64,000 nucleotides of DNA from Rhodothermales bacterium (GCA_040904565.1 JBBDTI010000075.1:138508-202507); one strand, 5' to 3'. Counted from the stretch's first letter, positions 1 to 13,551 are shown. The notes: a model not told the origin generated them from the letters alone. Numbers and translations are program-made.

Positions 1-2
1 CT

Positions 3-140
3 ACGGTCGTGAATGAATACCAGCAGGTCGTGGAGGATCGGCTGATGACCCGGCTACGGCGCATGTACGACGTGCAGTTGTATCCGGATCGGCTCGATCG
101 AGCCTTCGGACCTGACGCTGAACCTGCTGGATCCAATTAA
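3..140 (+). CDS. 3' end of a probable PpiC-type peptidyl-prolyl isomerase (partial, window edge)
   Basis: Frame 3 reads TVVNEYQQVVEDRLMTRLRRMYDVQLYPDRLD...* (TAA 138-140). It resembles the C-terminal helix of PpiC/SurA-like proteins and lies directly upstream of two more PpiC genes. Confidence 0.6.
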   Translation, partial: TVVNEYQQVVEDRLMTRLRRMYDVQLYPDRLDRAFGPDAEPAGSN

Positions 141-147
141 CGTGGAG

Positions 148-1017
148 ATGAGACGACGCACCGACGTTTGGCCATGCAGCAGCACGCTCGTAGTGGCCGT
201 GCTGCTGATCCTGACGGCCTGCACGGAGCAGGCGGCACCGCCCGATTATGCGGCCAGGGTGGGTGACAGGTATCTCCTGGAAGAGGAGGTCGACCAGGCA
301 TTGAGAGGCATCTCGACCTACCAGGATTCGGCGGATTCTCGGCGCCAGTTCGTGGACCAGTGGGTTTCGAACGAAGTCCTGCATCAGGAGGCGCTGCGTC
401 GTGGTCTTGACCGAGACGAGGAGATCGTCCGAGCTTTGAGACAGAGCGAGCGATCCATTCTCGCCAATGCACTCGTCGAAGAGCTGTATGAGGAACATCA
501 GGTGTACCCGTCTCCGTCGGAGATACAAACGTACTACGAACGCCACCGGGAGCAGCTCCGGCTGCGGGAAAACTTCGTGCGCGTACGCTACCTGCGCACG
601 GATTCACGGGATGCGGCCGAAGACATTCGACAACTGCTCCAGCAAGCCGACCTCGCCGATCGGGATTCCGCCTTCACCGCAGCCATCGGACGACTGGCGT
701 CCGTGGATCCTGTCTCACACGAGCTCTTCTCCAACTATCATCCAGAATCCCGCATTTTTGGCTCGCATCCAGAACTGCGCGAGGCGCTGCTTCTGCTTTC
801 CGACGAACAGACCGCGCCGATCGTCGAATACGATTCGTCCTATCACGTCATACAGCTTGCACGGAGAGTGCCGGAGGGCACGCTTCCCGAGCCGGAGTGG
901 ATCGAAGACGAGCTCGTCCGCCGGATCATCGTGCAGGACCGGAAACAGTTGTATGCACGTCAGGTTCAACGCCTCAGGAACGAGGCCATGGCGCGAGAGG
1001 ATCTCGAGCTGAAATAA
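148..1017 (+). CDS. PpiC/parvulin-like peptidyl-prolyl isomerase lipoprotein
   Basis: Lipobox LLILTAC; SurA-N-like helices (FVDQWVSNEVLHQEA); parvulin-like C-terminus (TAPIVEYDSSYHVIQL). Start is ATG 148 or GTG 142. Confidence 0.75.
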   Translation: MRRRTDVWPCSSTLVVAVLLILTACTEQAAPPDYAARVGDRYLLEEEVDQALRGISTYQDSADSRRQFVDQWVSNEVLHQEALRRGLDRDEEIVRALRQSERSILANALVEELYEEHQVYPSPSEIQTYYERHREQLRLRENFVRVRYLRTDSRDAAEDIRQLLQQADLADRDSAFTAAIGRLASVDPVSHELFSNYHPESRIFGSHPELREALLLLSDEQTAPIVEYDSSYHVIQLARRVPEGTLPEPEWIEDELVRRIIVQDRKQLYARQVQRLRNEAMAREDLELK

Positions 1018-1134
1018 GCTCGGCCTTCGCCGCAGATGCGTGCTCCGTTCGACGTGGACTACTCGATGCGGAATGCGCGGCTCGTCAAATCTGCAACGTC
1101 CCCTTTTCCGCGCAGTCTCGCGCTCCATCCGCGG

Positions 1135-1160
1135 TCGCTCTACTACTTCGCTCTACTACT
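1135..1160. repeat. 13-bp tandem duplication TCGCTCTACTACT x2
   Basis: Read directly; lies just upstream of the AAGGAG RBS-like sequence of surA. Confidence 0.8.
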
Positions 1161-1184
1161 TCTCGTAAAGGAGTTCAAGAAGAA

Positions 1185-2552
1185 ATGTCGTTTCGAGTCA
1201 TTGATACGCTCTTCGCCACGACGCTGGCCGTCCTGGTGGCAATAGTGCCGCAATGCGTGACGGCCCAGCAGGGTGAGGTCCTCGACGAAATCGTCGCGGT
1301 CGTCGGCGACAAGATCATCTTGAAGTCGGAAGTAGATGCTACCGTCGCCAATCTGCTGCAGCAGCAGCCGCAGATCGGCAATTCGGACCGCGTATGGTCG
1401 GACGCCCTCAATCAGATCATCAGCCAGCAGCTTCTCGCCGTGGCGGCACGGCGGGACACGAATATTACCGTGCAGGAGGAACAGGTCGATCAATCGCTCG
1501 ACCAGCGCATCAACCAGATGGTGAGCCAGCTGGGCAGTGAAGCGCGACTCGAAGAGCTCTACGGCCGGAGCATCGTGCGCATCAAGGCGGACCTCCGGGA
1601 CGACTTTCGCGATCAGCTGCTGGCCGATCAGCTTCGTCAGTCCAAGATTCAGAATATTCGGATCACGCCTACCGAGGTGAAAGAGTGGATCGAGCAGTTC
1701 CCTGCCGATTCGCTTCCGACGATTCCGACGGTGGTGCGGGTGAATCATATCGTTCGTTTCCCGGAAGTCACCGCTGCGGTCAAGGCCGAAGCACGGGAGA
1801 TCATTTCGACGATTCGTGATTCCATCATCGTCGGGGGGGCGTCGTTCGAAGAGATGGCCCGCCAGTTCTCCGACGATCAGGCATCGGTGCCGTCCGGTGG
1901 ACGCATGGAAGACATGAACCTTGGCGATCTTGTGCCCGAGTTTGCAGCCGTCGCCGCGCGTCTTCCCATCGGTGAGGTCTCACAGGTCTTCGAAACGCAG
2001 TTCGGGTTCCACATCATGCGCGTCAACGAACGTCGTGGGGAGACGGTCGACTTCAACCATATTCTCGTGCAGGTGGACGACAGCCGCGTCGATCCGGCTC
2101 CGACGATCGAGTTTCTCTCTCAGGTTCGGGATTCCATCGTGACCCACGGAGCTCCCTTCGAACTCATGGCAAAGCGTCACTCTCAGGACGAGGCATCGGC
2201 CCGGCTAGGCGGTCGCGTCCTCGACCCACGAAGCGGTGAGCGGGACCTGATTCTTTCGAACCTCGGTGAGCTGTGGCGGGCCACGCTCGATACGATGGAG
2301 GTCGGGGAGGTCAGCAAGCCCGGTCGGGTCCAGCTCCAGTCTGAAAATCGCCAGGCCTACCATATCGTCAAACTCATCCGCCGGCAGGAGGAACATCGAA
2401 TGAGTCTGGAAACCGACTACGAACGGATCGAGGAATTCGCGCTTCAAGAGAAGCGGGCCCGATGGATGCAAAACTGGATCGACGGCTTGCGCGACGAAAT
2501 TTACGTCGACCTGCGTGGCAAGGCCGAACGACTCGAGATCGCATCGCGCTGA
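1185..2552 (+). CDS. surA: SurA-like periplasmic chaperone / peptidyl-prolyl isomerase
   Basis: Signal peptide, then VLDEIVAVVGDKIILKSE (SurA N-terminus) and two parvulin domains (FEEMARQFSDD...GEVSQVFETQFGFHIM; FELMAKRHSQD). Start moved to ATG 1185 after AAGGAG. Confidence 0.88.
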   Translation: MSFRVIDTLFATTLAVLVAIVPQCVTAQQGEVLDEIVAVVGDKIILKSEVDATVANLLQQQPQIGNSDRVWSDALNQIISQQLLAVAARRDTNITVQEEQVDQSLDQRINQMVSQLGSEARLEELYGRSIVRIKADLRDDFRDQLLADQLRQSKIQNIRITPTEVKEWIEQFPADSLPTIPTVVRVNHIVRFPEVTAAVKAEAREIISTIRDSIIVGGASFEEMARQFSDDQASVPSGGRMEDMNLGDLVPEFAAVAARLPIGEVSQVFETQFGFHIMRVNERRGETVDFNHILVQVDDSRVDPAPTIEFLSQVRDSIVTHGAPFELMAKRHSQDEASARLGGRVLDPRSGERDLILSNLGELWRATLDTMEVGEVSKPGRVQLQSENRQAYHIVKLIRRQEEHRMSLETDYERIEEFALQEKRARWMQNWIDGLRDEIYVDLRGKAERLEIASR

Positions 2553-2617
2553 GTACTCGCCCGGACTACGCCACCGCTCTGCTTCCCACGTAACTATCTA
2601 ATTCGCTCGGTCCTTCG

Positions 2618-3622
2618 ATGCATCAAGCCCACCAGCAGACGCAGTCCCCGGACGTACTGGTCGACCTTCAGGAATCGTTCGACCAGCTCCGCCGGGAAGT
2701 CGCTAAAACCATCGTCGGCCAGGATCAAATAGTACAACACGTCTTCGTGAGCCTCCTGGCGCAGGGACACGTCCTGCTTATTGGCGTACCTGGTCTGGCC
2801 AAGACGCTGCTCATCCGTACGCTGGCACAGGCCACGGATCTTGAATTCAGCCGGATCCAGTTTACACCCGACCTCATGCCGAGCGACATCACGGGCACCG
2901 AGATCATCGAGGAAGACGTCTCCACCGGCCGGCGGTCATTCAAGTTCGTACACGGCCCTATCTTCGCGAACGTCGTGCTGGCGGACGAGATCAATCGGAC
3001 CCCGCCGAAGACGCAGGCGGCCCTGCTGGAAGCCATGCAAGAACACCGGGTCACCGCCGCCGGGGATACGCACGTACTCGACGAGCCATTTTTCGTGCTC
3101 GCTACCCAGAACCCGATCGAGCAAGAAGGCACCTATCCTCTTCCCGAAGCGCAGCTGGATCGGTTCATGTTCAACCTCTGGCTCGATTATCCCGCCTTCG
3201 AGGAAGAGGTCGAGGTAGTCCGAAGCACGACGAGCGCGAGACTGCACGAGATCCAGCCCGTGATGCATGCGGCGGACCTGCAGAAGTATCAGCGCTTCAT
3301 TCGTGAGATTCCGGTCGCGGACAATGTCATCGAGTTTGCGGTTCGGCTGGTGGGTCGGACGCGCCCCGGGCGGGACGGAGCGCCTGAGTTCGTATCGAAC
3401 TATCTGAATTACGGTGCGGGACCCCGGGCTTCACAATATCTGATCCTCGGGGCCAAGGCGATGGCGGCACTCGATGGACGTCTGACACCGCTTATCGAAG
3501 ATGTGCGCCGCATTGCGGTACCGGTGCTTCGCCATCGCATCGTTGCGAACTTCAACGCCGAGGCCGACGGCATCACGTCCGTGGACATCATCGAGCGACT
3601 TCTTACCGAAGGCAAAAGCTGA
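2618..3622 (+). CDS. moxR: MoxR-family AAA+ ATPase (copy 1)
   Basis: Walker A GVPGLAKT, RIQFTPDLMPSD, Walker B LADEINR, ATQNPIEQEGTYPLPEAQLDRF. Confidence 0.95.
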   Translation: MHQAHQQTQSPDVLVDLQESFDQLRREVAKTIVGQDQIVQHVFVSLLAQGHVLLIGVPGLAKTLLIRTLAQATDLEFSRIQFTPDLMPSDITGTEIIEEDVSTGRRSFKFVHGPIFANVVLADEINRTPPKTQAALLEAMQEHRVTAAGDTHVLDEPFFVLATQNPIEQEGTYPLPEAQLDRFMFNLWLDYPAFEEEVEVVRSTTSARLHEIQPVMHAADLQKYQRFIREIPVADNVIEFAVRLVGRTRPGRDGAPEFVSNYLNYGAGPRASQYLILGAKAMAALDGRLTPLIEDVRRIAVPVLRHRIVANFNAEADGITSVDIIERLLTEGKS

Positions 3623-3635
3623 CGGCGCCTCTCCC

Positions 3636-4556
3636 ATGCTGTCGATCGATCGGACATCCTCATCGTCGATCCACGAGCAGCTGCTCGCCCAGCTTCGATT
3701 TCAGATTGCGAGCGGGCACTATACGGTTGATGAACCGCTGCCTTCGACGCGGACGATGGCGCGCCGCCTCGATATCTCCTTTCACACGGTCCGCAAGGTC
3801 TACCAGGAGCTCGAGCAAGATGGCATCGTTGCGTCGCGGCCCGGATCCGGGTTCATCGTCCAGCAGCGCGTTCCGCTGGCAAAGAGCGAACGGATGGAGC
3901 GGGGCGCGGCTCTCGTGGAAGAGACGCTCAAGCATCTGATCGGACTCGGACTTTCCGAAGGCGAGATCGAGTACCTCTTTCAGGAACAGTCCGCCCTCCT
4001 GAAAGGCAGCGGACCGGGCCACAAGCTTGTAGCCGTATTCCCGTACAGAGAAATGGCGGATCTCTGTGCCTCGCAGATCGAGGACGTGCTCCAGCAGCCT
4101 GTCTTAGGAGCGTCTCCGGCCGACTTCACGCGCCATCTCGATGCGGATTTCGTATTCGCACCGTACGCATTAGTCCAGGACGTCATGGCGCACCTGCCCC
4201 GTGCTGACGTTATCGGCATCATCACCTACCTGGACCAGGAGGCCCTCGGACGCATCGCCCGGCTGCTGGATGACGAAACGCTGGGCGTCGTTACGAAATA
4301 CGCCGACTCGATCCAGCCGCTAACGTCGGAGATACGGAGCGCGACGTCATTCTCGGGTCAGATGCTAGCGGCCTCGGTCGATAAGAGCGCCGATCACCTC
4401 GCCCAATTTATCGACCAGACCGATCTGGTCGTCTTCACGCCTCCATGCCGCCGCCGCATGCTCGGTCTGCTTCGAGACCGGCATCAGCGCCTACCCATCG
4501 CCCCGATCGTTGCCGAGGATTCGTTGAAAGCCATCCGCGAGGCGCTTCCCGGATAG
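3636..4556 (+). CDS. GntR-family transcriptional regulator (YtrA-like HTH plus extended C-terminus)
   Basis: PLPSTRTMARRLDISFHTVRKVYQELEQDGIVASRPGSGFIV winged HTH; ATG 3636 lies just after the moxR stop. Confidence 0.88.
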   Translation: MLSIDRTSSSSIHEQLLAQLRFQIASGHYTVDEPLPSTRTMARRLDISFHTVRKVYQELEQDGIVASRPGSGFIVQQRVPLAKSERMERGAALVEETLKHLIGLGLSEGEIEYLFQEQSALLKGSGPGHKLVAVFPYREMADLCASQIEDVLQQPVLGASPADFTRHLDADFVFAPYALVQDVMAHLPRADVIGIITYLDQEALGRIARLLDDETLGVVTKYADSIQPLTSEIRSATSFSGQMLAASVDKSADHLAQFIDQTDLVVFTPPCRRRMLGLLRDRHQRLPIAPIVAEDSLKAIREALPG

Positions 4557-4561
4557 TTATA

Positions 4562-7303
4562 TCACTCCGTCCGAGGTTCGTCGACCGAGTCCTCCGTCGG
4601 ATGCTCCGGTTCGACCTCCGCCGCGCCGTCCCCATTCACGTCATCCTTCTCTACCGGATCCGGGGCGGCACCTCGCGCTCGTCGCTCGACCTCGGTCTCC
4701 GAGCGGGGCCCGGCACCCCGACTGGCAGCCTCCTCGCGCGTCCTTCTGGCCCGTTCGGCCTCCTCCGCATGAACGTCTCGTTCCTCTTCGGTCCCACCCG
4801 TCTTCTCCTCTTGCTCAGCAGTATCCTCGTCCGACGCCCCCATGTCGCCGACCTCAGACTCCAAGACGTCAGACTCCAAACTTCCGTCCCCGGAATCCTG
4901 CTCGTCGTCGATGCGACGATCCGCCGGTTGCACGCCGGCTTTCAGCCGCGCCTCTTCCCTGTCCTCCTTAGATTCTCGTTCCTCCTGGCCGGGATACTTA
5001 ACCCGCACGTGGTAGATGCCCAGAAGTATCGAAAGGAATGTTTCCTTTATTTTCGAGAGGTCGCGAAACGTCAGGTCTGTCTGGTCCAGCTGCCCGTCCT
5101 CGATGCGCGAGGTAAAGATCATGTCTACCAGCGTTTCCAGGCGCTTATGCGCCGGATCCGTCAGGCTGCGGCTCGCCGCTTCGATGGAATCGGCCAGCAG
5201 CAGAATGCCCGTCTCCTTCGTCTTGGGTCGAGGGCCCGGGTAACGAAACTCCGATTCGAGGATCTCGGGATCTCCTTCGGGACGTTGATCGAGCGCCTTT
5301 CGATAGAAGAACTCGATGCGCGAAGTCCCGTGATGCATGGGAATGAAATCGAGCACGCGCTGGGGAAGATTGTACTGCCTGCCCATCTCCATACCCTCCT
5401 TCACGTGGCTGGCGATAATAAGCGCACTCATCCTGGGCTTCAGCTGCGTATGCGGATTCATTCCGGGGCGCTGATTCTCCACGAAATACTCCGGCTTGAG
5501 CATTTTGCCGATGTCGTGATACAGGGCCCCTACACGCGTTAGAAGCGCGTTGGCACCGATGGCGTTCGCAGCCGCCTCCGACAGGTTAGCAACCTGTAGC
5601 GAATGATTGAACGTTCCGGGCGCGCGAAGCGAGAGCTCCTTCAGCAAGGGCCTGTTTGTATCCGACAGCTCCAGCAGCGAGAGGTCCGTCGTAATGTCGA
5701 ACGTCCGCTCGAAAACCCACAGCAGCGGATATGCCAGAACGATCAGAAAGGAGTTGACGGCCACCAGCATAAGGTCCGACAAGAAGAGGTCGCGCGGCGC
5801 TCCGAAAAAGATGGCCGTAGCCCCCAGGACGACCAGATACCCGACAAAAACAAGACCCGCACTGATGAACAACTGCCCGCGATTCTTGATGTCGCGAACG
5901 CTGAACACGCCGAGCGTCGCCGCAAAGATGGTGGCGAACGTAAACTCATAGTCGTAATGCAGCAGCTGCCCTCCGATAAGCGCGAGCGTCAGTGCGCCGA
6001 AGAGTCCCACCCTCGAATCGAACATGACGGTAAATAGAATCGGGGCAATGGCCGCGGGAACGATGAACATGGCCACGGACTCGACGCGGATGGCGATGGC
6101 GAACAGGCCGATGATGACCGCGAAGAGAATGGCTACGAGCAGCACCTTCCGATTGTCCTCGAAAATCGACCTTCGAAGCAGAAAGAGGTACAGGAAAAAG
6201 ATGAAGTACGTCGAAAGCGCAACGAGGAACTGTCCCAGCATGACGCGCCACAGCAGATTCTCACCCCCACGCTCCTGTCGCGTTCGTTCCAGAGAAGTCA
6301 GCTGCGCACGAATCTGTTCCGTGACGCTCTGCCCCTTCTCGACGATGACGTCACCCTGGCTGATTCGTCCCCGCGTCGGTGAAATGCGCTGTTCGATCCG
6401 CTGCCATTCCCGCACCGTCGCGGCGCGCATATAGGTCAACGACGGCGTAAAGATGGCTCGGAAAAACGCCGTACCCAGTGGGGCGACACGGGGGTCGTCG
6501 GCATACTCCTGCTGCAGCTGCCGGTCCGCGTACGCATACGCTTCATTCAATCCGTAGAGATTGTCCTTGTCTCTCGTAACCTCACTTCGACTAACCTCAT
6601 CTCGAATGTAGATCTGGTCCGCCCGCACGCTGTCGAGCGGTACGTCGAGTACGCCGATGTTGAGCAGCTGTGTACCCAGCTCCCATGCATCGATGAGCAG
6701 CTGCTGATCGAGGCGCGGCTCGTCGTCGGCACCACCTTCGGTTTCGGAAAGCTCCGGGACGTGCTGCACGTACGACTCCACCAGCATGCGCCACTGCTCC
6801 GGAGTCGCCTTCAGGCGGGCGGAGCGGCGCAGTTCGACGTACCGAAGCGAGTCGCGGTTCGCGACCGACGTGCGTCCCACCAGGCGGTTCATGCGGAAAC
6901 TGCCGTAGGCCTGGAAGACGCGTTCGAGCTGCTGCGCCACAGTGTCTCGATTCGCCGCCATCTGGTCTTGAACGTCCGGCACCTCGCGAAAGTACGGGGG
7001 CGTTCGGGACCGCAACTCCGCTCGTTCGCGCGCCAGCTCCTCGCTAGATTTATAGATTGGAAAATCGAAGGGAGCGACGAGCGCCTCTCTCCGCCACTCG
7101 TCCCCCACATCTACGGTGTACTGGTAGACATTGCCCCGTGGGAAGGCGGCCAGAGTGAGCAGGACGAGAGCGAGCAGTATGCCCACCTTGAAGGCCCATT
7201 TCGTCTGCTTCGTACGGCGCGAAGATTCCCGTCCCTTTTCCAGCTTCTGCCCGACGGGACGCGCCTTCTTCTTCACGAGGCCTACTTTTTGTAACAGTCC
7301 CAT
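4562..7303 (-). CDS. 7TM-HD membrane phosphohydrolase (PgpH-like, putative c-di-AMP phosphodiesterase)
   Basis: N-terminal TM, large extracytoplasmic domain, about 7 TM helices, LLELSDTNRPLL...APGTFNHS, LYHDIGK, MHHGT, LADSIEAA; long acidic tail. Confidence 0.88.
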   Translation of the reverse strand: MGLLQKVGLVKKKARPVGQKLEKGRESSRRTKQTKWAFKVGILLALVLLTLAAFPRGNVYQYTVDVGDEWRREALVAPFDFPIYKSSEELARERAELRSRTPPYFREVPDVQDQMAANRDTVAQQLERVFQAYGSFRMNRLVGRTSVANRDSLRYVELRRSARLKATPEQWRMLVESYVQHVPELSETEGGADDEPRLDQQLLIDAWELGTQLLNIGVLDVPLDSVRADQIYIRDEVSRSEVTRDKDNLYGLNEAYAYADRQLQQEYADDPRVAPLGTAFFRAIFTPSLTYMRAATVREWQRIEQRISPTRGRISQGDVIVEKGQSVTEQIRAQLTSLERTRQERGGENLLWRVMLGQFLVALSTYFIFFLYLFLLRRSIFEDNRKVLLVAILFAVIIGLFAIAIRVESVAMFIVPAAIAPILFTVMFDSRVGLFGALTLALIGGQLLHYDYEFTFATIFAATLGVFSVRDIKNRGQLFISAGLVFVGYLVVLGATAIFFGAPRDLFLSDLMLVAVNSFLIVLAYPLLWVFERTFDITTDLSLLELSDTNRPLLKELSLRAPGTFNHSLQVANLSEAAANAIGANALLTRVGALYHDIGKMLKPEYFVENQRPGMNPHTQLKPRMSALIIASHVKEGMEMGRQYNLPQRVLDFIPMHHGTSRIEFFYRKALDQRPEGDPEILESEFRYPGPRPKTKETGILLLADSIEAASRSLTDPAHKRLETLVDMIFTSRIEDGQLDQTDLTFRDLSKIKETFLSILLGIYHVRVKYPGQEERESKEDREEARLKAGVQPADRRIDDEQDSGDGSLESDVLESEVGDMGASDEDTAEQEEKTGGTEEERDVHAEEAERARRTREEAASRGAGPRSETEVERRARGAAPDPVEKDDVNGDGAAEVEPEHPTEDSVDEPRTE

Positions 7304-7380
7304 AAATGAACTACCAAGTCCTGCAAAGCGCAGACGGTGCGAGAATATTCTCGTGCTTTCCGAGCACGATAACCACAAGG

Positions 7381-8910
7381 CTACCTATGCCGTAATCCAA
7401 GCAAGGATCCTATCGCGAGGTTCACGCCGGCACCTATGGCCGTGTACCACGGCCATCCGATCGCCTCGAGACCCCGTTCGGCGACCACCTCGTCCGCGGG
7501 CATAAACGCCACTATCCACCCCGCGTCCGGTTCGTGCCAGACGGCAAAAATCACCCAGGTCATGAACGCGATGGTGACCAGAAAAGAGATCACAGCGTCG
7601 AGCTCACGGGTGGACTTATTGACCAGTCCCAGCAGGAAGATGCCGAGCAGGCCGCCGTACGTGAACGAGGCAATGGCGAGACCCAGCTCTACGACGGGAT
7701 TCGTCTGGTCCTCGAAGAGGGTAGCGAAAAAGATGAACGCGACGCCCCAGAACATCGTGAAGCCTCGAGAGACGAACAGCGCGCGATCTTCATCGATGGG
7801 ACGTCCACGGATCCGCTCGTAAAGGTCCATTACGGATGAAGACGCCAGCGAATTAAGGGAGGAGGACAGCGTGCTCATTGCGGCGGCGACGATCCCGGCC
7901 AGCAAAAGTCCGGAGACCCCGGGTGGCAGCCCCTCGATGATGAACATCGGAAAGATCTCGTCGCCCCGCGTCAACCCCAGCTCCTCTATCGAAGCCCCGC
8001 CATACAGCGACCACAGCAGCAGTCCGACCAGCAGGAAGAGCGCGAATTGAAACATCACGACGACGCCGGAACCGATGAGCGCCTTTTTCCCGTCTGCCAG
8101 ATTTCTGCAGGTCAGGACGCGCTGCACGATGAGTTGGTCCGTTCCGTGCGAGGCCATGGAGAAGATCGCACCGCCGACGACGGCCGCCAGGAAGGTATAC
8201 GGATTCGTCAGCCACGTCGCGAGAGACTCGTCAAACGCGAAATCGACAATCTGCGTCTTGCCGGCTTCCGCCGCGTGCATCCACCAGTCTGAGGGTACCT
8301 CGCCGAGCAGGACGTAGACGGCACCGATCGCTCCCCCTACGTAGACGGCCATCTGGACGACATCCATCCAGATCACCGCTTTGATTCCCCCGATGATTGT
8401 GTAGATAACGGTTACTATTGCAATAACGGCTATTATCGAGAAGTAGGACAACTCGAGACCCGCCGTATCGGCGATGACTTTGAGCGGAATGGCCGTTGCA
8501 AACAGCCGCACCCCGTCAGCCAGGAGCCGCGTGACCAGAAACGTGACGGAGGCCGTCCCACGCATGGTATCTCCATACCGATTTCCGAGAAACGCGTACG
8601 CCGTCGCGAGCTCTCCCTTGAAATACTGGGGTAGAAAGATCGCCGAGACGGCTATGCGTCCGATGAGATAACCCAGCGTAAGCTGCAGGAAGGTGAGCGT
8701 ACCCCCGTATGCGACGGCGGGTATGCCGATCACCGTGAGCGTGCTCGTCTCCGTGGCCACGATGGAAAAGCATACCGCCCACCAGGGCAGATCTCGGCTC
8801 CCGAGGAAGTAGTCGGCCGTATTCGTCTGTCGCCCCCCTGCTCGGATGCCGAAGATCGCGACACCGGCCAGGTAGAGTACGATGACGACGTAGTCGATGG
8901 TGGTGAGCAT
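7381..8910 (-). CDS. Sodium:solute symporter (SSS family)
   Basis: DYFLGSRDLPWWAVCFSIVATETS, GGIKAVIWMD, DQLIVQR, AAAMSTLSSSLNSLA; about 13 TM helices. Confidence 0.93.
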   Translation of the reverse strand: MLTTIDYVVIVLYLAGVAIFGIRAGGRQTNTADYFLGSRDLPWWAVCFSIVATETSTLTVIGIPAVAYGGTLTFLQLTLGYLIGRIAVSAIFLPQYFKGELATAYAFLGNRYGDTMRGTASVTFLVTRLLADGVRLFATAIPLKVIADTAGLELSYFSIIAVIAIVTVIYTIIGGIKAVIWMDVVQMAVYVGGAIGAVYVLLGEVPSDWWMHAAEAGKTQIVDFAFDESLATWLTNPYTFLAAVVGGAIFSMASHGTDQLIVQRVLTCRNLADGKKALIGSGVVVMFQFALFLLVGLLLWSLYGGASIEELGLTRGDEIFPMFIIEGLPPGVSGLLLAGIVAAAMSTLSSSLNSLASSSVMDLYERIRGRPIDEDRALFVSRGFTMFWGVAFIFFATLFEDQTNPVVELGLAIASFTYGGLLGIFLLGLVNKSTRELDAVISFLVTIAFMTWVIFAVWHEPDAGWIVAFMPADEVVAERGLEAIGWPWYTAIGAGVNLAIGSLLGLRHR

Positions 8911-8919
8911 GGACGTACG

Positions 8920-12356
<3,437 letters not shown>

Positions 12357-12726
12357 AGTCTACACCCGCTGGAATTCTCTTTCGATCGAGGACAATCTCG
12401 GCTGCACATCCGTCCCGCCGTATATCATCCTTTCTAAACTTCGGGGGACACAGAGATCCACGAGCCTCTAAATATGTGTGCTTTATGTGAAGCATATCCG
12501 GCGATTACTCGAGACAGAACGGAACATAGATAGAGCTGCCGCGGCATCGCCACACATACACCACAATGAGGCCACGGCCACGAATCCGCGTCCCTATCGA
12601 ATCGGTACCACGGGCGGAAGATAGAGAAACGCACGATCCAAATGCGAGCGGCTCGCCTCCTCGGCAACCGCGCTGGAGAAAATTCGTTAAAACGATCACC
12701 GTTATTTCCATCCGATTCGAGACGAT

Positions 12727-13254
12727 ATGTTTGGTCGCCTGCTCGCGATTTTCCTCATCACTCCGGTCATTGAGCTCGCCTTGCTCATCAAAGTCGGCGA
12801 GGTCATCGGCTTCGCTCCGACGATCGGACTGATCGTCGTGACGGGCCTTGCGGGCAGTTACCTTGCTCGCCGAGAGGGGCTTTCCGTCTGGCGGCGCTTT
12901 CACGAGCGGCTGCACGCCGGCGATCTGCCCGGGAGGGAACTCGTCGACGGGATGATCATCCTGGTATCCGGTGCCCTTCTGATCACACCGGGTGTATTGA
13001 CTGACGTCGTAGGTTTCCTCGGCCTCCTTCCCATTACACGGCGTTACCTAAGGCAATACATTAACAAGCGCATCCGCAGAGCAGTGGAACGTGGCAACGT
13101 GCGTCTCACGTTTGGCGGGATCCGTTCGTACGGTACCGAATTCGATGCGACGCATTACGAGCGGAGTGGAAAACGAAACGAAGGCCCAGCTCAGGACGGG
13201 GAGATCTCCTGGGAGGGGCAGGGTCGCGAGAAACCGGAACACGGCGTAGAATAG
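12727..13254 (+). CDS. fxsA: FxsA-family membrane protein
   Basis: FLITPVIELALLIKVG, TGLAGSYLARREG, LLITPGVLTDVVG signatures. Confidence 0.92.
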   Translation: MFGRLLAIFLITPVIELALLIKVGEVIGFAPTIGLIVVTGLAGSYLARREGLSVWRRFHERLHAGDLPGRELVDGMIILVSGALLITPGVLTDVVGFLGLLPITRRYLRQYINKRIRRAVERGNVRLTFGGIRSYGTEFDATHYERSGKRNEGPAQDGEISWEGQGREKPEHGVE

Positions 13255-13408
13255 AAGCGATGCTGCGGCCTGGCAGAGCGTCACCATTGCGATCCGACGG
13301 TCCATATGAACTCCGGATGGATTTGGCGGAACGACTGTCGAATGGCGCGCGGCCGCACGATGTTGTCAGAACGAACGCTCGATAGCAAGGTACAAGAGCG
13401 TCGCATTT

Positions 13409-13481
13409 AGGCCCGTAGCTCAACTGGCAGAGCATCTGACTCTTAATCAGAGGGTTCGGGGTTCGAGTCCCCGCGGGCCTA
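13409..13481 (+). tRNA. tRNA-Lys (anticodon CTT)
   Basis: Cloverleaf: acceptor AGGCCCG/CGGGCCT, D stem GCTC/GAGC, anticodon stem TCTGA/TCAGA with loop CTCTTAA, T arm CGGGG-TTCGAGT-CCCCG, discriminator A. CCA is not encoded. Confidence 0.97.
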
Positions 13482-13516
13482 CTTGAGCGCCTGCCGGCGC
13501 CCGCAACCATCTATCG

Positions 13517-13551
13517 AAGAGCCGCCGTTCCGACCGGAGCCGGCGGCTTTT
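13517..13551 (+). terminator. Probable intrinsic terminator after tRNA-Lys
   Basis: Stem AGCCGCCG...CGGCGGCT followed by a T run. Confidence 0.65.

Noticed and set aside
897-1184. N-terminal extensions in the ORF track (surA; also GntR, 7TM-HD, DUF4175-like, sulfatase, caspase-like)
   Set aside because: They overlap neighbouring genes or precede the signal peptide or first domain; downstream ATGs fit better.
12357-12726. Small ORFs or ncRNA in the rodZ-like/fxsA divergent spacer
   Set aside because: No recognisable protein or RNA family features.
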